The translations under genes were made by a program, and so were the position numbers. DNA of 64,000 nucleotides from Candidatus Woesebacteria bacterium UBA5941. Its GTDB lineage: Bacteria; Patescibacteriota; Microgenomatia; UBA8517. Positions 17,896 to 27,814 of this stretch are shown piece after piece. Positions within the stretch are counted from its first letter, which is position 1. Every line of letters begins with the position of its first letter. Under the pieces are notes generated by a model. The model had not been told where the DNA came from and searched no databases. It was given only the letters and a program-made list of their open reading frames with translations. Location: contig DJCV01000011.1 in the NCBI GenBank assembly GCA_002430735.1, forward strand, positions 19,612 through 83,611, read 5' to 3'.

Positions 17896-18972
17896 TTACT
17901 TCAGTTTCAATTCAGCTTCAATAAATTCTTCTAAATCGCCATCCAAAATCTTTTCAGTATCTCCTGTTTCAACATTTGTTCGTAAATCCTTAATCATTTT
18001 GTACGGATGCAACACATACGAGCGAATTTGGCTCCCCCATGATGGTGGGACGTACTCCCCTTTTAAATCCTTTTTTTCTTTCAATGCTTTCTCTTGTTCA
18101 AGCTGCCATAATTTTGCACGGAGCATATTCATGGCGTACTTCCGATTCTGCTCTTGAAATCGTTCTGTTCTACAACTGACAACAATGCCTGTTGGCCTAT
18201 GCACAATACGAACTGCAGTTGAGACCTTATTTACATTTTGTCCACCATGACCACCCGCCCGAGTAAAACTAATATCTAAATCATCATCTTTTATTTCAAC
18301 GTCCGGCACATCCATATCTTCTAATTCAGGCATCACATCTACCATTGCAAAAGAAGTTTGACGCAAGTTGTCCGCATTAAATGGAGATTGTCGAACCAGG
18401 CGATGGGTACCCGATTCACGTTTCAAATAGCCATAGCTGTATTGTCCCGTTATTTTAAATACTACGCTTTTTACCCCTGCTTCTTCACCCGGTGTCTCGT
18501 CGAGCAGTTCGACAGACCAGTTGCGCCGCTCACAAAAGCGAGTATACATACGATACAACATAGAGCTCCAGTCCATTGCCTCAGTCCCTCCCTGTCCGGC
18601 GTGAATACTCATGATAGAATTCTTTTTGTCATACTTACCCGATAGGTATGAAGTGAGCTCGAGCTTTGATATGCGTCTTTCTGTTTTAGTTAATTCAGAC
18701 TCAAGTTCAGTTTGAGCATCCTCATCTGATAGGAGCGACTCGAGTAACTCAAGTGTTTCTCGAACATCGTTAATTTCAGCGAGTTCATCACGAAGATTTG
18801 CAGCTTCCTGAAGAAGCATTTTTGCTTTTTCTTGATCATTCCACAAATGAGGATCAGCAGTTTCACTATCCAAAATCTCAAGTCGCTTCTTTTTTTCGAC
18901 AATACCCAAATGTGCCTCATACGATGTAAAGCGTTCAGTTAATTCTTGAAGTCGTTTTTTAGTTTCATACAT
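17896..18972 (-). CDS. prfB: peptide chain release factor 2
   Basis: SPF tripeptide (RQSPFNAD) and GGQ motif (AGGHGGQNVNK). It is a single uninterrupted 358-aa ORF. Confidence 0.9.
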   Translation of the reverse strand: MYETKKRLQELTERFTSYEAHLGIVEKKKRLEILDSETADPHLWNDQEKAKMLLQEAANLRDELAEINDVRETLELLESLLSDEDAQTELESELTKTERRISKLELTSYLSGKYDKKNSIMSIHAGQGGTEAMDWSSMLYRMYTRFCERRNWSVELLDETPGEEAGVKSVVFKITGQYSYGYLKRESGTHRLVRQSPFNADNLRQTSFAMVDVMPELEDMDVPDVEIKDDDLDISFTRAGGHGGQNVNKVSTAVRIVHRPTGIVVSCRTERFQEQNRKYAMNMLRAKLWQLEQEKALKEKKDLKGEYVPPSWGSQIRSYVLHPYKMIKDLRTNVETGDTEKILDGDLEEFIEAELKLK

Positions 18973-18998
18973 ACGCTGACAAGTATATCAAACACTCC

Positions 18999-19493
18999 TC
19001 AATTTGGTTGACACAACACCTTCCTGGCCGCTTCTTGATCAGCAGGGGATAATGTAGACATATCCTTCACAACTGACTGCATTGTAGGCGCTTCCTTCGC
19101 ACTTGAGATAGGAATCTCTTCCGCCACACCCAACACATCTACTAATTTTTCCCGTCCCCCTTCGAGAACTGTTGAAATCGGCTTTGGAGCATCCTTCCAA
19201 CCGATAAGCTCGGTAAACACTGTTTTTCCACCGATGAGAAATAAACCTTCAAGAATTAACGCTAACGCAAAGCCAAATGAAAGTCCTGGCAAAATACCTT
19301 TCACGCTCCACCCCACGTAGGTATGGCGCAAATGGCCCAGGGTGTATATCAAAAGGAAAATTAAAACGACCATGAGGATTGCTTGTAATAAATTGGGAGC
19401 AAAGACAAAACCTCCGGGAAGGTTTATATCAAAAGTCTGAAAAAGCCGTTCAATAACTGTTTGCACAGGCACAGGAAGAGTTGATGTATCCAT
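18999..19493 (-). CDS. hypothetical membrane protein
   Basis: Two or three TM helices. The sequence resembles no family I recognise. Confidence 0.4.
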   Translation of the reverse strand: MDTSTLPVPVQTVIERLFQTFDINLPGGFVFAPNLLQAILMVVLIFLLIYTLGHLRHTYVGWSVKGILPGLSFGFALALILEGLFLIGGKTVFTELIGWKDAPKPISTVLEGGREKLVDVLGVAEEIPISSAKEAPTMQSVVKDMSTLSPADQEAARKVLCQPN

Positions 19494-19524
19494 AGCTCAT
19501 TGTACAACGCGAATGAAGAAATTC

Positions 19525-19836
19525 TTACAAGGAAGAAGCTGATGCGTTTAAATTAGTAAACTCTCCATCAACAGACTCAATCTTTGTTGAATCAATCTCT
19601 TTTCCAATGACATCTATCTCTGTAGATGTTGAGACTGTAGGAACTGGAGTGAAATCAGGACTCGATTGCTGAGTTTCCATTTGTGTAACAGGGGGTGGAG
19701 GAAGCTTGGTTGTTGTGCTTCTTGATGGCTTTTTTAATACAACAAACCCTACAACCCCAACGATTGCAAGCAGTGTAACTGCAACGAGTGCAATAAATGC
19801 ACTAAAGCCGTTTTGTGACTGTTTTAAATAATTCAT
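19525..19836 (-). CDS. hypothetical single-pass membrane protein (alternative upstream start would add a His-rich leader)
   Basis: MNYLKQSQNGFSAFIALVAVTLLAIVGVVGFVV. The start at 19836 abuts the upstream gene; the longer ORF to 19926 would overlap it by 89 nt. Confidence 0.4.
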   Translation of the reverse strand: MNYLKQSQNGFSAFIALVAVTLLAIVGVVGFVVLKKPSRSTTTKLPPPPVTQMETQQSSPDFTPVPTVSTSTEIDVIGKEIDSTKIESVDGEFTNLNASASSL

Positions 19837-19837
19837 A

Positions 19838-20572
19838 TTATGGTTGTGTTGATGCCGATGGTGATGCTGTGACAATCGGGGTTGCGGATGGTGCGGTTGA
19901 TGGAACAGGTGTTCCAGATAAGGCAAGGGCTCTCAGTGTTTTAAAAGCAGTATCAACGGCTCGTCGTGCATCGTTCAAACTGCCAACAACTGCCTTTACA
20001 TCAGTACGAAAGAGCTCTATCGTTGATTTTACGTTTTGCCCTAGCGAATCATCGGTTACGGTGATTGCGTACGTCTTACCGTTTTGAGCATCGACTTTCG
20101 CTTGAGCGGTAGAGATTGATGTCCGCGCTGTTGAAATTACTGCCGTAAGACCGGAGATGTCAGTCCCCGCATTCCCTAATTCCTGCGCTCGGCGCTCAAC
20201 TTTATCAAGAATACCGGTTAATCTTTGTAACACTTCATTCCAATGTGTGATCCAAGCAGCGTTTCTGTTTGCTATCCGCTCATCAATATTATTAACCACT
20301 TGTTGTTTTTTTACGTCTTTTATTTGGGTTAAGTTTTGCCTCAACGTTGTTTTAACCTCTTCTCGCTTTTTGAGTGCTGCCTCTTTGAGTGCTTTAATTT
20401 GGGCCTCTCTGTCAGCACTATTTACTCTCCTAAGATCTACAGGAGTTACTTTTGGGGTAGGAACGGCAGTTGATTGAGAAGAGCCGGTTGCAGTATTTGC
20501 GTCTTGTGCGGAAATAGTTGCGGGAAGCAAAAATAAGAGGGATAAAAAAGCGAGCGTTACCCTACGTTTCAT
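19838..20572 (-). CDS. secreted hypothetical protein
   Basis: Signal peptide MKRRVTLAFLSLLFLLPATISAQ, followed by a helical Lys/Glu-rich body. Confidence 0.45.
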   Translation of the reverse strand: MKRRVTLAFLSLLFLLPATISAQDANTATGSSQSTAVPTPKVTPVDLRRVNSADREAQIKALKEAALKKREEVKTTLRQNLTQIKDVKKQQVVNNIDERIANRNAAWITHWNEVLQRLTGILDKVERRAQELGNAGTDISGLTAVISTARTSISTAQAKVDAQNGKTYAITVTDDSLGQNVKSTIELFRTDVKAVVGSLNDARRAVDTAFKTLRALALSGTPVPSTAPSATPIVTASPSASTQP

Positions 20573-20604
20573 GTATTCACTCTAATGCTCAGTAAAAGCT
20601 ACTG

Positions 20605-21312
20605 TCAAGGGGTTGTAGAGGCTTTTGGTGTTGCTGATGCCATTGGGGTCGCAGATGCACGTGGACTTCCACTTGGCGCTGGCGTTGCAGAGGCTTTTGG
20701 TGTTGCTGATGCCGTTGTTTTTGATTTAGGTCCAGTGATCACTCGAATTGACATTTTTCCAGTAAGACCTGATGTTGGAGATACTGTTCCAAAGCTTGCA
20801 GATAATGATTGTGCAACTTCTGTTACAACAGACATTGGCACATCTGATGAATATTCAAGTGTAGTGCTCGTGGCATTTTGACTCGTTGCGTTACTAGTGG
20901 TTACTTTTGTATAGCCTGCTTTTTCAATTAATGACTTTGCAACTGCAGCATCGCCAGTTGTACCAGTCCCATTTTGAACTTCAATACTTACGCCAGTTCT
21001 TTGCGTAGAAGAAGGGGTTGCTGATGGTGCTGGACTTGCACTGCGAGCCGGAGTCGCAACTGGTGTCTCACTTGGTGTTGGAAGAGTATCTAATCCCGAA
21101 ACAAATGGAGATGGAGTTGGGTTCTCAGTCGTAGATGTACTGCTTTGATAGAGGAAAAATCCACCTGCAGCAAGAATGATAACGAGTCCGATCACTGCGA
21201 AAATCCATTTAGGGAAGCCACCAGACGATTGTCGAGTAGGTCGAGGATCCGGAAAACTTACTGCCGGTTCTGGTTGCATAGGTGTTGGCTGAATGTCTTG
21301 TTGCTCGTGCAT
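20605..21312 (-). CDS. membrane-anchored LytR_C-domain protein with C-terminal ASATPKAS repeats
   Basis: TM helix WIFAVIGLVIILAAGGFFLY. A LytR C-terminal-like block IEVQNGTGTTGDAAVAKSLIEKAGYTKV. Tandem repeats at the C-terminus. Confidence 0.5.
   Translation of the reverse strand: MHEQQDIQPTPMQPEPAVSFPDPRPTRQSSGGFPKWIFAVIGLVIILAAGGFFLYQSSTSTTENPTPSPFVSGLDTLPTPSETPVATPARSASPAPSATPSSTQRTGVSIEVQNGTGTTGDAAVAKSLIEKAGYTKVTTSNATSQNATSTTLEYSSDVPMSVVTEVAQSLSASFGTVSPTSGLTGKMSIRVITGPKSKTTASATPKASATPAPSGSPRASATPMASATPKASTTP
20611..20712. repeat. imperfect tandem duplication (72-nt period) inside a coding region
   Basis: gttg[t/c]agaggcttttggtgttgctgatgcc occurs at 20611-20640 and 20683-20712. It encodes the ASATPKAS C-terminal repeats. 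Confidence 0.7.
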
Positions 21313-21382
21313 TTTTTGTATCGGCTATATAACAACATAATTACACGAGCTTGTCAACCGCGTGAGTTTAATCGATTAAACT

Positions 21383-22546
21383 TCACTTTTTAAGCCAATT
21401 GTCGTATAGATGAGTGAATTTTTCCTGCAAAATTGCTGTTCTGATAGCCTCCATCAGGGTATTCATATAGTGAATATTGTGAATTGAAGCAAGTCTTCCC
21501 CCTAATAGTTCATTATTCACAAAAAGGTGACGAATATATCCACGGCTAAATGTTTTGCATGTCATACAAGTGCAGACACTACTAATGGGAGCCATGTCTG
21601 TTGGAGAAAACTTATGAACATCACTTCTAAATTTGTTATGTATTCCGCCACCATCTTCTGGAAAGAGAAAAAGTAACCCCGTTCTCGCCATTCTAGTGAC
21701 TGACGTATTGTCGAATGTATCAACACCTCGTTTTACTGCTTCAAAAATCCCTTCTGGTCCGCCACCGAGTCCTAACGCGTGAACAGGTTTTCCGGATGGA
21801 AGAGACTCAACAATGGTATCCAAAGCATCTGCTGTTATCTGAGGATCGCTGCCTATGGTTGAGCCACCTATCGCAATTCCTGGAAAATCTAGCCGCAAAA
21901 CAAAATCTAGCGATGCACGACGAAGAATAGGATCTGTTTCTCCCTGAACTACGCCATATAGTGCCTGTTTGTGTTCGCGGGTTTTTTGCAATTCTGTCCA
22001 CCGCGCATGGGATCTTGTCTCCCATCTCATGGTGCGTTCAAAGGCATCCTTTTGTTTTTCGCGGGTACTTAATTGAGAAAGTGGTTGATCAAAAGCCATG
22101 ATAATGTCAGCAGAAAGCACATCCTGTATTTCCATAGACTTTTCTGGAGTAAGCAGATGTTTGCTCCCATCAATGTGTGAACGAAAAACAGCACCTTCTT
22201 CTGTAATTGTCACTTGAGAGGATCGCTCTTTTGCCTCCTTTGGTGTCCACAAAAATGCGACTTGATATCCACCACTATCTGTAAATGTAGGGCCGTCCCA
22301 TTTCATAAACGGTGCAAAGCCATGGTACTCACGGATCGTTTCAACTCCCGGGGATAAATATAAATGGTATGTATTCGCCAAAACGGCCTGAGAACCAGTA
22401 TCGAGTAGCTCCTGTGGTGTTACCGTTTTAACGGTCGCTTGAGTACCCACTGGGATGAATGCTGGTGTTTGTATTTCTCCGTGGGGAGTATGAATAATGC
22501 CTGCGCGTGCAAATCCTTCTTGGTGCTTTAGGGTGAATAGATTCAT
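21383..22546 (-). CDS. tgt: queuine tRNA-ribosyltransferase (tRNA-guanine transglycosylase)
   Basis: Conserved N-terminus ...TPHGEIQTPAFIPVGTQATVK. Zn site CTCMTCKTFSRGYIRHL. Confidence 0.9.
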   Translation of the reverse strand: MNLFTLKHQEGFARAGIIHTPHGEIQTPAFIPVGTQATVKTVTPQELLDTGSQAVLANTYHLYLSPGVETIREYHGFAPFMKWDGPTFTDSGGYQVAFLWTPKEAKERSSQVTITEEGAVFRSHIDGSKHLLTPEKSMEIQDVLSADIIMAFDQPLSQLSTREKQKDAFERTMRWETRSHARWTELQKTREHKQALYGVVQGETDPILRRASLDFVLRLDFPGIAIGGSTIGSDPQITADALDTIVESLPSGKPVHALGLGGGPEGIFEAVKRGVDTFDNTSVTRMARTGLLFLFPEDGGGIHNKFRSDVHKFSPTDMAPISSVCTCMTCKTFSRGYIRHLFVNNELLGGRLASIHNIHYMNTLMEAIRTAILQEKFTHLYDNWLKK

Positions 22547-22560
22547 AAGTAGCTAGAATA

Positions 22561-23778
22561 TCATGTGACATGAATTTTACGAGGAGTAGCTTTATAAACG
22601 AACAGTGCGATTAAACTACAACTAAATCCAATGACGGATAATGCTTGTAAGTCGCCTACCTGATCAGCTAAGAAGCCCGCGAGCACTGGACCTAATACAC
22701 AGCCGATGTTTGTAAAAAAGCTCGTTAATATTTCAATCTCTTGTTCATATTCAGGAGATTCACCAATGTAATCTGCGAAACATCCTTTTAACGATGGCCA
22801 TGCAAGAGAGGAAACAACCGATGAAACAAACACTATTGGTAAGAGGAGAGGAGTTTTACCAACAAAGATAAAACTTCCAACCGCCATTGTCCCCAAAATG
22901 AAACCGGTAAAGCTGGTTCTCTTCTTCCCATACTTGGCAGTAACAGGTCCAACAATCCACAACACTAAAATAGTAGGAAGGTAATAGAGAGTTAAAAACA
23001 GTCCTCCAATAGAATGCTCGCCTTTCAATCCTTGGGAGATCAATGGACCTATCGTTGCAAATGATAGATCGAAGACAAAAAGAAGCATATTCAATAGCAA
23101 AACGGGTGCTAAGATTTTTCCCACTTTCCAAAAGGAACGAGAACTGTGTATTTTTTTATGAGTATCTTCTCGTTTATGTGGAGCGTTACTTATCTTGAGC
23201 AGGAGCAGATAAAACACATAAATGCAGCACAAGAAAAACCAGCTCACTGCAAAGATTGGTGGGCCAACGCGTTCTCCAATTGCATAACTCGCAATTAAAG
23301 GGGCGACGATTAAACCTAATCCTTTAAATACATCCAGAATTCCCCAACTGCTTGCGTGTTCTTTTTTATCACTACCGCCGACAAAATTGTATAAACCATA
23401 CGAGAGAAAGTTCCAATATAGCCCCCATACGGCCATTGCAACTAAGTACATAAATATTGAGTTTGCTCCTAACAAAAGAACGAAGTAGCCTGCACATCCG
23501 GCAATGACAAACAAAAACATTCTTCTAAAATCAGTGTTCTTTAGAAATCGCGACAAAAACACATCGAGTGCTGCACCTGCCATGGAAGAGGATCCGATAA
23601 TTAAACCCAATTCCGTTTTTGAGAAGCCTCTTTCAGAAAGCATCAAAGGAAGTGCATATACAAGAAGCGTATCAAAAACCGCAAAGAAGAAAACCATTAC
23701 TGCCAGCGCAAGCAATGCCCTGTGTGACCGTTCTTTTATAGAAATGCTAAAGAATGAATCTGCAAGAATACGCCGCAT
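22561..23778 (-). CDS. MFS transporter
   Basis: About 12 predicted TM helices. An MFS-like loop motif follows TM2. Confidence 0.7.
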   Translation of the reverse strand: MRRILADSFFSISIKERSHRALLALAVMVFFFAVFDTLLVYALPLMLSERGFSKTELGLIIGSSSMAGAALDVFLSRFLKNTDFRRMFLFVIAGCAGYFVLLLGANSIFMYLVAMAVWGLYWNFLSYGLYNFVGGSDKKEHASSWGILDVFKGLGLIVAPLIASYAIGERVGPPIFAVSWFFLCCIYVFYLLLLKISNAPHKREDTHKKIHSSRSFWKVGKILAPVLLLNMLLFVFDLSFATIGPLISQGLKGEHSIGGLFLTLYYLPTILVLWIVGPVTAKYGKKRTSFTGFILGTMAVGSFIFVGKTPLLLPIVFVSSVVSSLAWPSLKGCFADYIGESPEYEQEIEILTSFFTNIGCVLGPVLAGFLADQVGDLQALSVIGFSCSLIALFVYKATPRKIHVT

Positions 23779-23785
23779 AAAACCC

Positions 23786-26233
23786 CTACTGCTTCTCCCA
23801 CATAAATCCGTTTGTGCTTGTATCTGCTTTCAAGATAATAGCGTCCCCATCTGCTATTTTTCCAGCAAGCATTGACTGTGCTATTACATCCCCCACTTTC
23901 AACTCTATCATTCTGCGCATCGGACGCGCACCAAGCGCCGGATCATATCCCTCCTCTACAACTTTCGTAATAACAGACTCATCAAAAGTGATCTGTATCC
24001 CTTTTTCTTTCATCTGCTCTGTAACAAATCCCAGTTGTCGTTTGGCTACTTCCATCAAATGTTCTTTAGATAGCGGTTCATACACAACAACACCGTCAAA
24101 ACGATTTAAAAATTCTGGGCTAAATACCCGATCCTGCAAGACTTTGTTTAGTACCTCTTTTTGCAATGTTTCTTTATCAATTGGAGATTTCATGAGCTCT
24201 CGAATGTATTCAGATCCGGCGTTGCTCGTGGCAATTATAAATGTGTGTGTTGCGGAGACACTTCGCCCAAAAGCGTCGGTGATCCGGCCTTCATCAAGTA
24301 ATGACAGAAATAAATTAAACACTTCCTTTGGTGCTTTTTCAATTTCATCAAGCAGGAGAAGGCTTGCTGGATGATTTTTTAAATTTGTCGTGAGTGTACC
24401 TGGCATGTTTTTCGAGACACTCCCGATTAACCGCTCAATCCCTTCATTTCCAGCATATTCAGACATGTCAAAACGAACAATTCTCTTTTCACTACCAAAA
24501 TACACATCGGCTAGAGCCTTTGCTGTTTCTGTTTTCCCAACACCCGTAGGCCCTAAAAACAAGAATGACCCAACAGGACGATTATTTTTCACCACTCCTG
24601 ACGTTTTTGCCCGCAATGCCTTTGATAACAACATGACTGGATATTCTTGATTTACTAATCTTCGATGAATAATTTCTTCTAAATGCGAAAGCTTATCTTT
24701 CTCTGCATCCCCCAAACTTGAAAGCGCGATGCCTGTCTTTTCAGACAAGACGGCTTGTACTTCATTACGACTAATTGGTCCGTCTAAGTTATGTTCTTCG
24801 TGATAGAGCATAAGCGCATCTAACAGTTCTAATGCTTTCTCTGGGAATGGGGTATCCGTCAAGTACTGTGCGCTTCCGGCAAGTATGTCTCGCATCACAG
24901 GAACAGGGGTCATAATGTGCCGACGTTTTTCGCTATATCTCGCAGCTGAAAGCAATACACTCATTGCCTCATCAATTGTAATTTCATTAACTTGCACCTC
25001 TTCAAAAAACTTGTTCAACCGATCGTTGCGGGATACAAATCGATCGTAGTCATGTTTGTCTAAGATGCTCATAACGTACAATCGTTTATTCTCAAGTGCT
25101 TGGGTTAAAATGTCAGTTAAATCCATACCTTCAATTTCACTATTAGTTAATTTATGAATATCACGAATAACTAAAATGACGTTTCCTGCAGACTCTGCTT
25201 CCTTAAGGATTTGAAGAAAAAGGGTCTTTTTTGCATTAATGTCGTGACTGCCACTCATTAGTGCGTTGTAGTCAAAATCGAGTATTCGCTTGTATGACAT
25301 TTCTTTACCGAGAAGCCCTTCCCGTGCACGCTTTGCAAACTCATACACTACTGTCTTTTTGCCAACGCCAGGGACGCCAGTTAACATAACACCCCGTCCA
25401 GCCGTCAACACCCGAACCATTCGAGATACGGTTTCTTCACGTCCAATTAAGTGATGAGTAAATTCTCGTGGCAAACCCATATCACTGACATATTTATCGA
25501 GGGTCGGGGTATAGCCAAAAAGTAACGACATACCAATCCCCGGCTGTTGAAATACGAGCTTAGGGGTAAGTGTTGTATTGTTTGTTCGCCGCTGATCCCA
25601 CCACTTTGCAGCAAGCAAAATATCTTCCTTTTTAATTTGTAATGCTCGAAGATGCGCTTCATCAATAGGGTTTTCGCGCAAAACATCACTCATTAAATCA
25701 AAAAACCATGCATGTTCCTTTTGTGCCAACTTCATTTGTTCCGGGAATAGCGTCTTAACTTTTTCGTTACCCAAGTGGGTCAATAAAAAGTGACCGGCCT
25801 CACTTGAAAACAGATGATTTCTCGATAATGCAAGTGTGTTATGGGTGAGATCTTGCATCACAAAAATAGGTTGTCGTTTGTACACTCTGTAAATTGACAG
25901 TGAGAGAAATGGCAAAACCAACCACAGTAAAAATCCAACAGCACCACCTGCAAACAGAAAAATGATGACAAACACTCCAACAATAAGCACCACAATTCGT
26001 GCAACTGCTCCAATCGCACGGCTAATCATATTAAAACTCAGTTCTTGCAAATCCTGTATTGGATGAATGCCTGGTCTATCGGTTGAAGCAGAAAGGCGTT
26101 TCCATGGTGCAAACAATGTGGGAAGTAGTAATGGAAGTGACAACTGGTGGTTTATCGAAAGAACCGTATTTTTTAACCGGAGGATGTAATAGTTCAAGGC
26201 ATAGGTGTAATGCCACGCAAGGAATTCCATCAC
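23786..26233 (-). CDS. membrane-anchored Clp/Hsp100-family double AAA+ ATPase
   Basis: Two N-terminal TM helices, then AAA1 (GVPGVGKKTVV) and AAA2 (GPTGVGKTETAKALA, sensor and Arg finger regions). Confidence 0.75.
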   Translation of the reverse strand: MMEFLAWHYTYALNYYILRLKNTVLSINHQLSLPLLLPTLFAPWKRLSASTDRPGIHPIQDLQELSFNMISRAIGAVARIVVLIVGVFVIIFLFAGGAVGFLLWLVLPFLSLSIYRVYKRQPIFVMQDLTHNTLALSRNHLFSSEAGHFLLTHLGNEKVKTLFPEQMKLAQKEHAWFFDLMSDVLRENPIDEAHLRALQIKKEDILLAAKWWDQRRTNNTTLTPKLVFQQPGIGMSLLFGYTPTLDKYVSDMGLPREFTHHLIGREETVSRMVRVLTAGRGVMLTGVPGVGKKTVVYEFAKRAREGLLGKEMSYKRILDFDYNALMSGSHDINAKKTLFLQILKEAESAGNVILVIRDIHKLTNSEIEGMDLTDILTQALENKRLYVMSILDKHDYDRFVSRNDRLNKFFEEVQVNEITIDEAMSVLLSAARYSEKRRHIMTPVPVMRDILAGSAQYLTDTPFPEKALELLDALMLYHEEHNLDGPISRNEVQAVLSEKTGIALSSLGDAEKDKLSHLEEIIHRRLVNQEYPVMLLSKALRAKTSGVVKNNRPVGSFLFLGPTGVGKTETAKALADVYFGSEKRIVRFDMSEYAGNEGIERLIGSVSKNMPGTLTTNLKNHPASLLLLDEIEKAPKEVFNLFLSLLDEGRITDAFGRSVSATHTFIIATSNAGSEYIRELMKSPIDKETLQKEVLNKVLQDRVFSPEFLNRFDGVVVYEPLSKEHLMEVAKRQLGFVTEQMKEKGIQITFDESVITKVVEEGYDPALGARPMRRMIELKVGDVIAQSMLAGKIADGDAIILKADTSTNGFMWEKQ

Positions 26234-26269
26234 TCATAATAGCACTAAATTAGAGAGAAAATGGTACAT

Positions 26270-26845
26270 TTACGCGCGAATATTTCTGAGTATGGTCACA
26301 AATATATCTTTGTATTGATGAACGATTATTCCTGAATAGAGAAACGTGAGTGGCAATACAATCCAATTTTCAACTGCACTTCCCGTCGTGACACGTAAAA
26401 ATCGCAATGGAGGGACACCCACCTTAATTTTAAACGGAAAAAAGAGAGGAATCCCTTCTTTCGTTAATCCATCTGCAAACAAATGAGATGCAAAACCAAT
26501 CATAATTGAGGCTAGCAGAATATGAACGTCAACAGACTCAGGGTTAAACACTTTTGGAAGACCCCACTCTAAAAAGCGATAGAGTAAGTACCCTCCTAAT
26601 AATGAATGAGAAATCGTTCTATGCCCCAAAAAGAGATGTCTAAATACTTTCCCGACAGCATTTCCGGCTGGGAGCAAGTCCCACAAGCGGTTACTAGCTT
26701 GATCCATGTCAGGGAATAAAGCTCCGACAATGTTTCCAACAATAGAAGTAATAAGCGTCGGGAGTGTTATTGCAGCAGGTGGAAAGAATGCTGCAGCGGT
26801 GAGAAGAGAACCGAATGCAAACATATCATGAGTACGAGCAGTCAT
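26270..26845 (-). CDS. membrane-bound metal-dependent hydrolase (YdjM/DUF457-like)
   Basis: Polytopic protein with conserved His/Asp positions (FPDMDQ, GHRTISHS). Confidence 0.5.
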   Translation of the reverse strand: MTARTHDMFAFGSLLTAAAFFPPAAITLPTLITSIVGNIVGALFPDMDQASNRLWDLLPAGNAVGKVFRHLFLGHRTISHSLLGGYLLYRFLEWGLPKVFNPESVDVHILLASIMIGFASHLFADGLTKEGIPLFFPFKIKVGVPPLRFLRVTTGSAVENWIVLPLTFLYSGIIVHQYKDIFVTILRNIRA

Positions 26846-26872
26846 GCGCCATACTATCGTATATACTAGCGC

Positions 26873-27814
26873 ATGAGCAACTCTCTTCCAATTGATTTTC
26901 TTGCACGGCTAGAACGTATTTTTCCAAAAAACTACGATCAGATCATCTCAACATTCAACAACAAGCGTCTTCCCACTTTTCGTATAAATACTTTGAAAAA
27001 CTCACGGGAGAGTGTATTGGAAACACTCACGGTACAAGGCTTTACGTGCGAACAAGTGTCTTGGTATCGCGATGCCTTTATTTTGACAAGTAAAACGCAG
27101 CGGGAATTAACGGAAACTGACACATACAAAGAGGGGCACATTTACCTCCAAAACTTATCGAGCATGATTCCGGTTTTATTGCTAAACCCTCAAGAGAATG
27201 AAACGATTCTCGATGCTTGTGCAGCTCCTGGAAGTAAGACTACACAAATAGCTGCTGCAATGCAGAATTCTGGTCAAATTATCGCCAATGACATGAGCCG
27301 CGTACGACTCTATAAGTTATTGGCCAATATTAAAACTCTTGGGGTAACGACAATAACAACAACACATTTCCGTGCGCAAGAACTGTGGAGGAAGTTTCCC
27401 AATACGTTTGATCGAGTACTTGTAGATGTCCCCTGCAGTTTAGAAGGACGATTTCTGGCAGATAACCCAAAAACATACAAAGACTGGTCAGTAAAAAAAG
27501 TGAAGAAACTTGCAGAGTATCAAAAGCAGATTCTTCATTCATCGATCTCAACAGCGAAATCTGGGGCAACGATTATTTATTCTACTTGCACTATTTCACC
27601 CGAAGAAAACGAAGGCGTTGTTGACTGGGTACTAAAAAAGCACGGACATTTAGTTGAATTGGTAGAGGCATCACTTAATTCAGCAATTGAAATCGCTCCT
27701 CCTGTTCTCGAATGGGACGGGAAAGAATATGGAGAAAGGATGCACCTGACGAAGCGCGTTGCGCCTTCGCAAACAATGGAAGCTTTTTTTGTTGCTCAGT
27801 TTCTCAAGAAGTAA
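26873..27814 (+). CDS. RsmB/RsmF-type (NOL1/NOP2/Sun) RNA cytosine-C5 methyltransferase
   Basis: SAM site DACAAPGSKT and catalytic motifs DVPCS and TCT. Confidence 0.8.
   Translation: MSNSLPIDFLARLERIFPKNYDQIISTFNNKRLPTFRINTLKNSRESVLETLTVQGFTCEQVSWYRDAFILTSKTQRELTETDTYKEGHIYLQNLSSMIPVLLLNPQENETILDACAAPGSKTTQIAAAMQNSGQIIANDMSRVRLYKLLANIKTLGVTTITTTHFRAQELWRKFPNTFDRVLVDVPCSLEGRFLADNPKTYKDWSVKKVKKLAEYQKQILHSSISTAKSGATIIYSTCTISPEENEGVVDWVLKKHGHLVELVEASLNSAIEIAPPVLEWDGKEYGERMHLTKRVAPSQTMEAFFVAQFLKK

Noticed and set aside
17896-18972. Programmed +1 frameshift in prfB
   Set aside because: The frame is continuous and full-length, and no internal in-frame stop is present near codon 25.
19525-19926. 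His-rich leader (HQPHHPQPRLSQHHHRHQHNHN) as a metal-binding N-terminus
   Set aside because: It exists only if the upstream Met is used, which would overlap the preceding gene by 89 nt. The internal Met gives a 1-nt gap and a standard TM protein. I left it unresolved.
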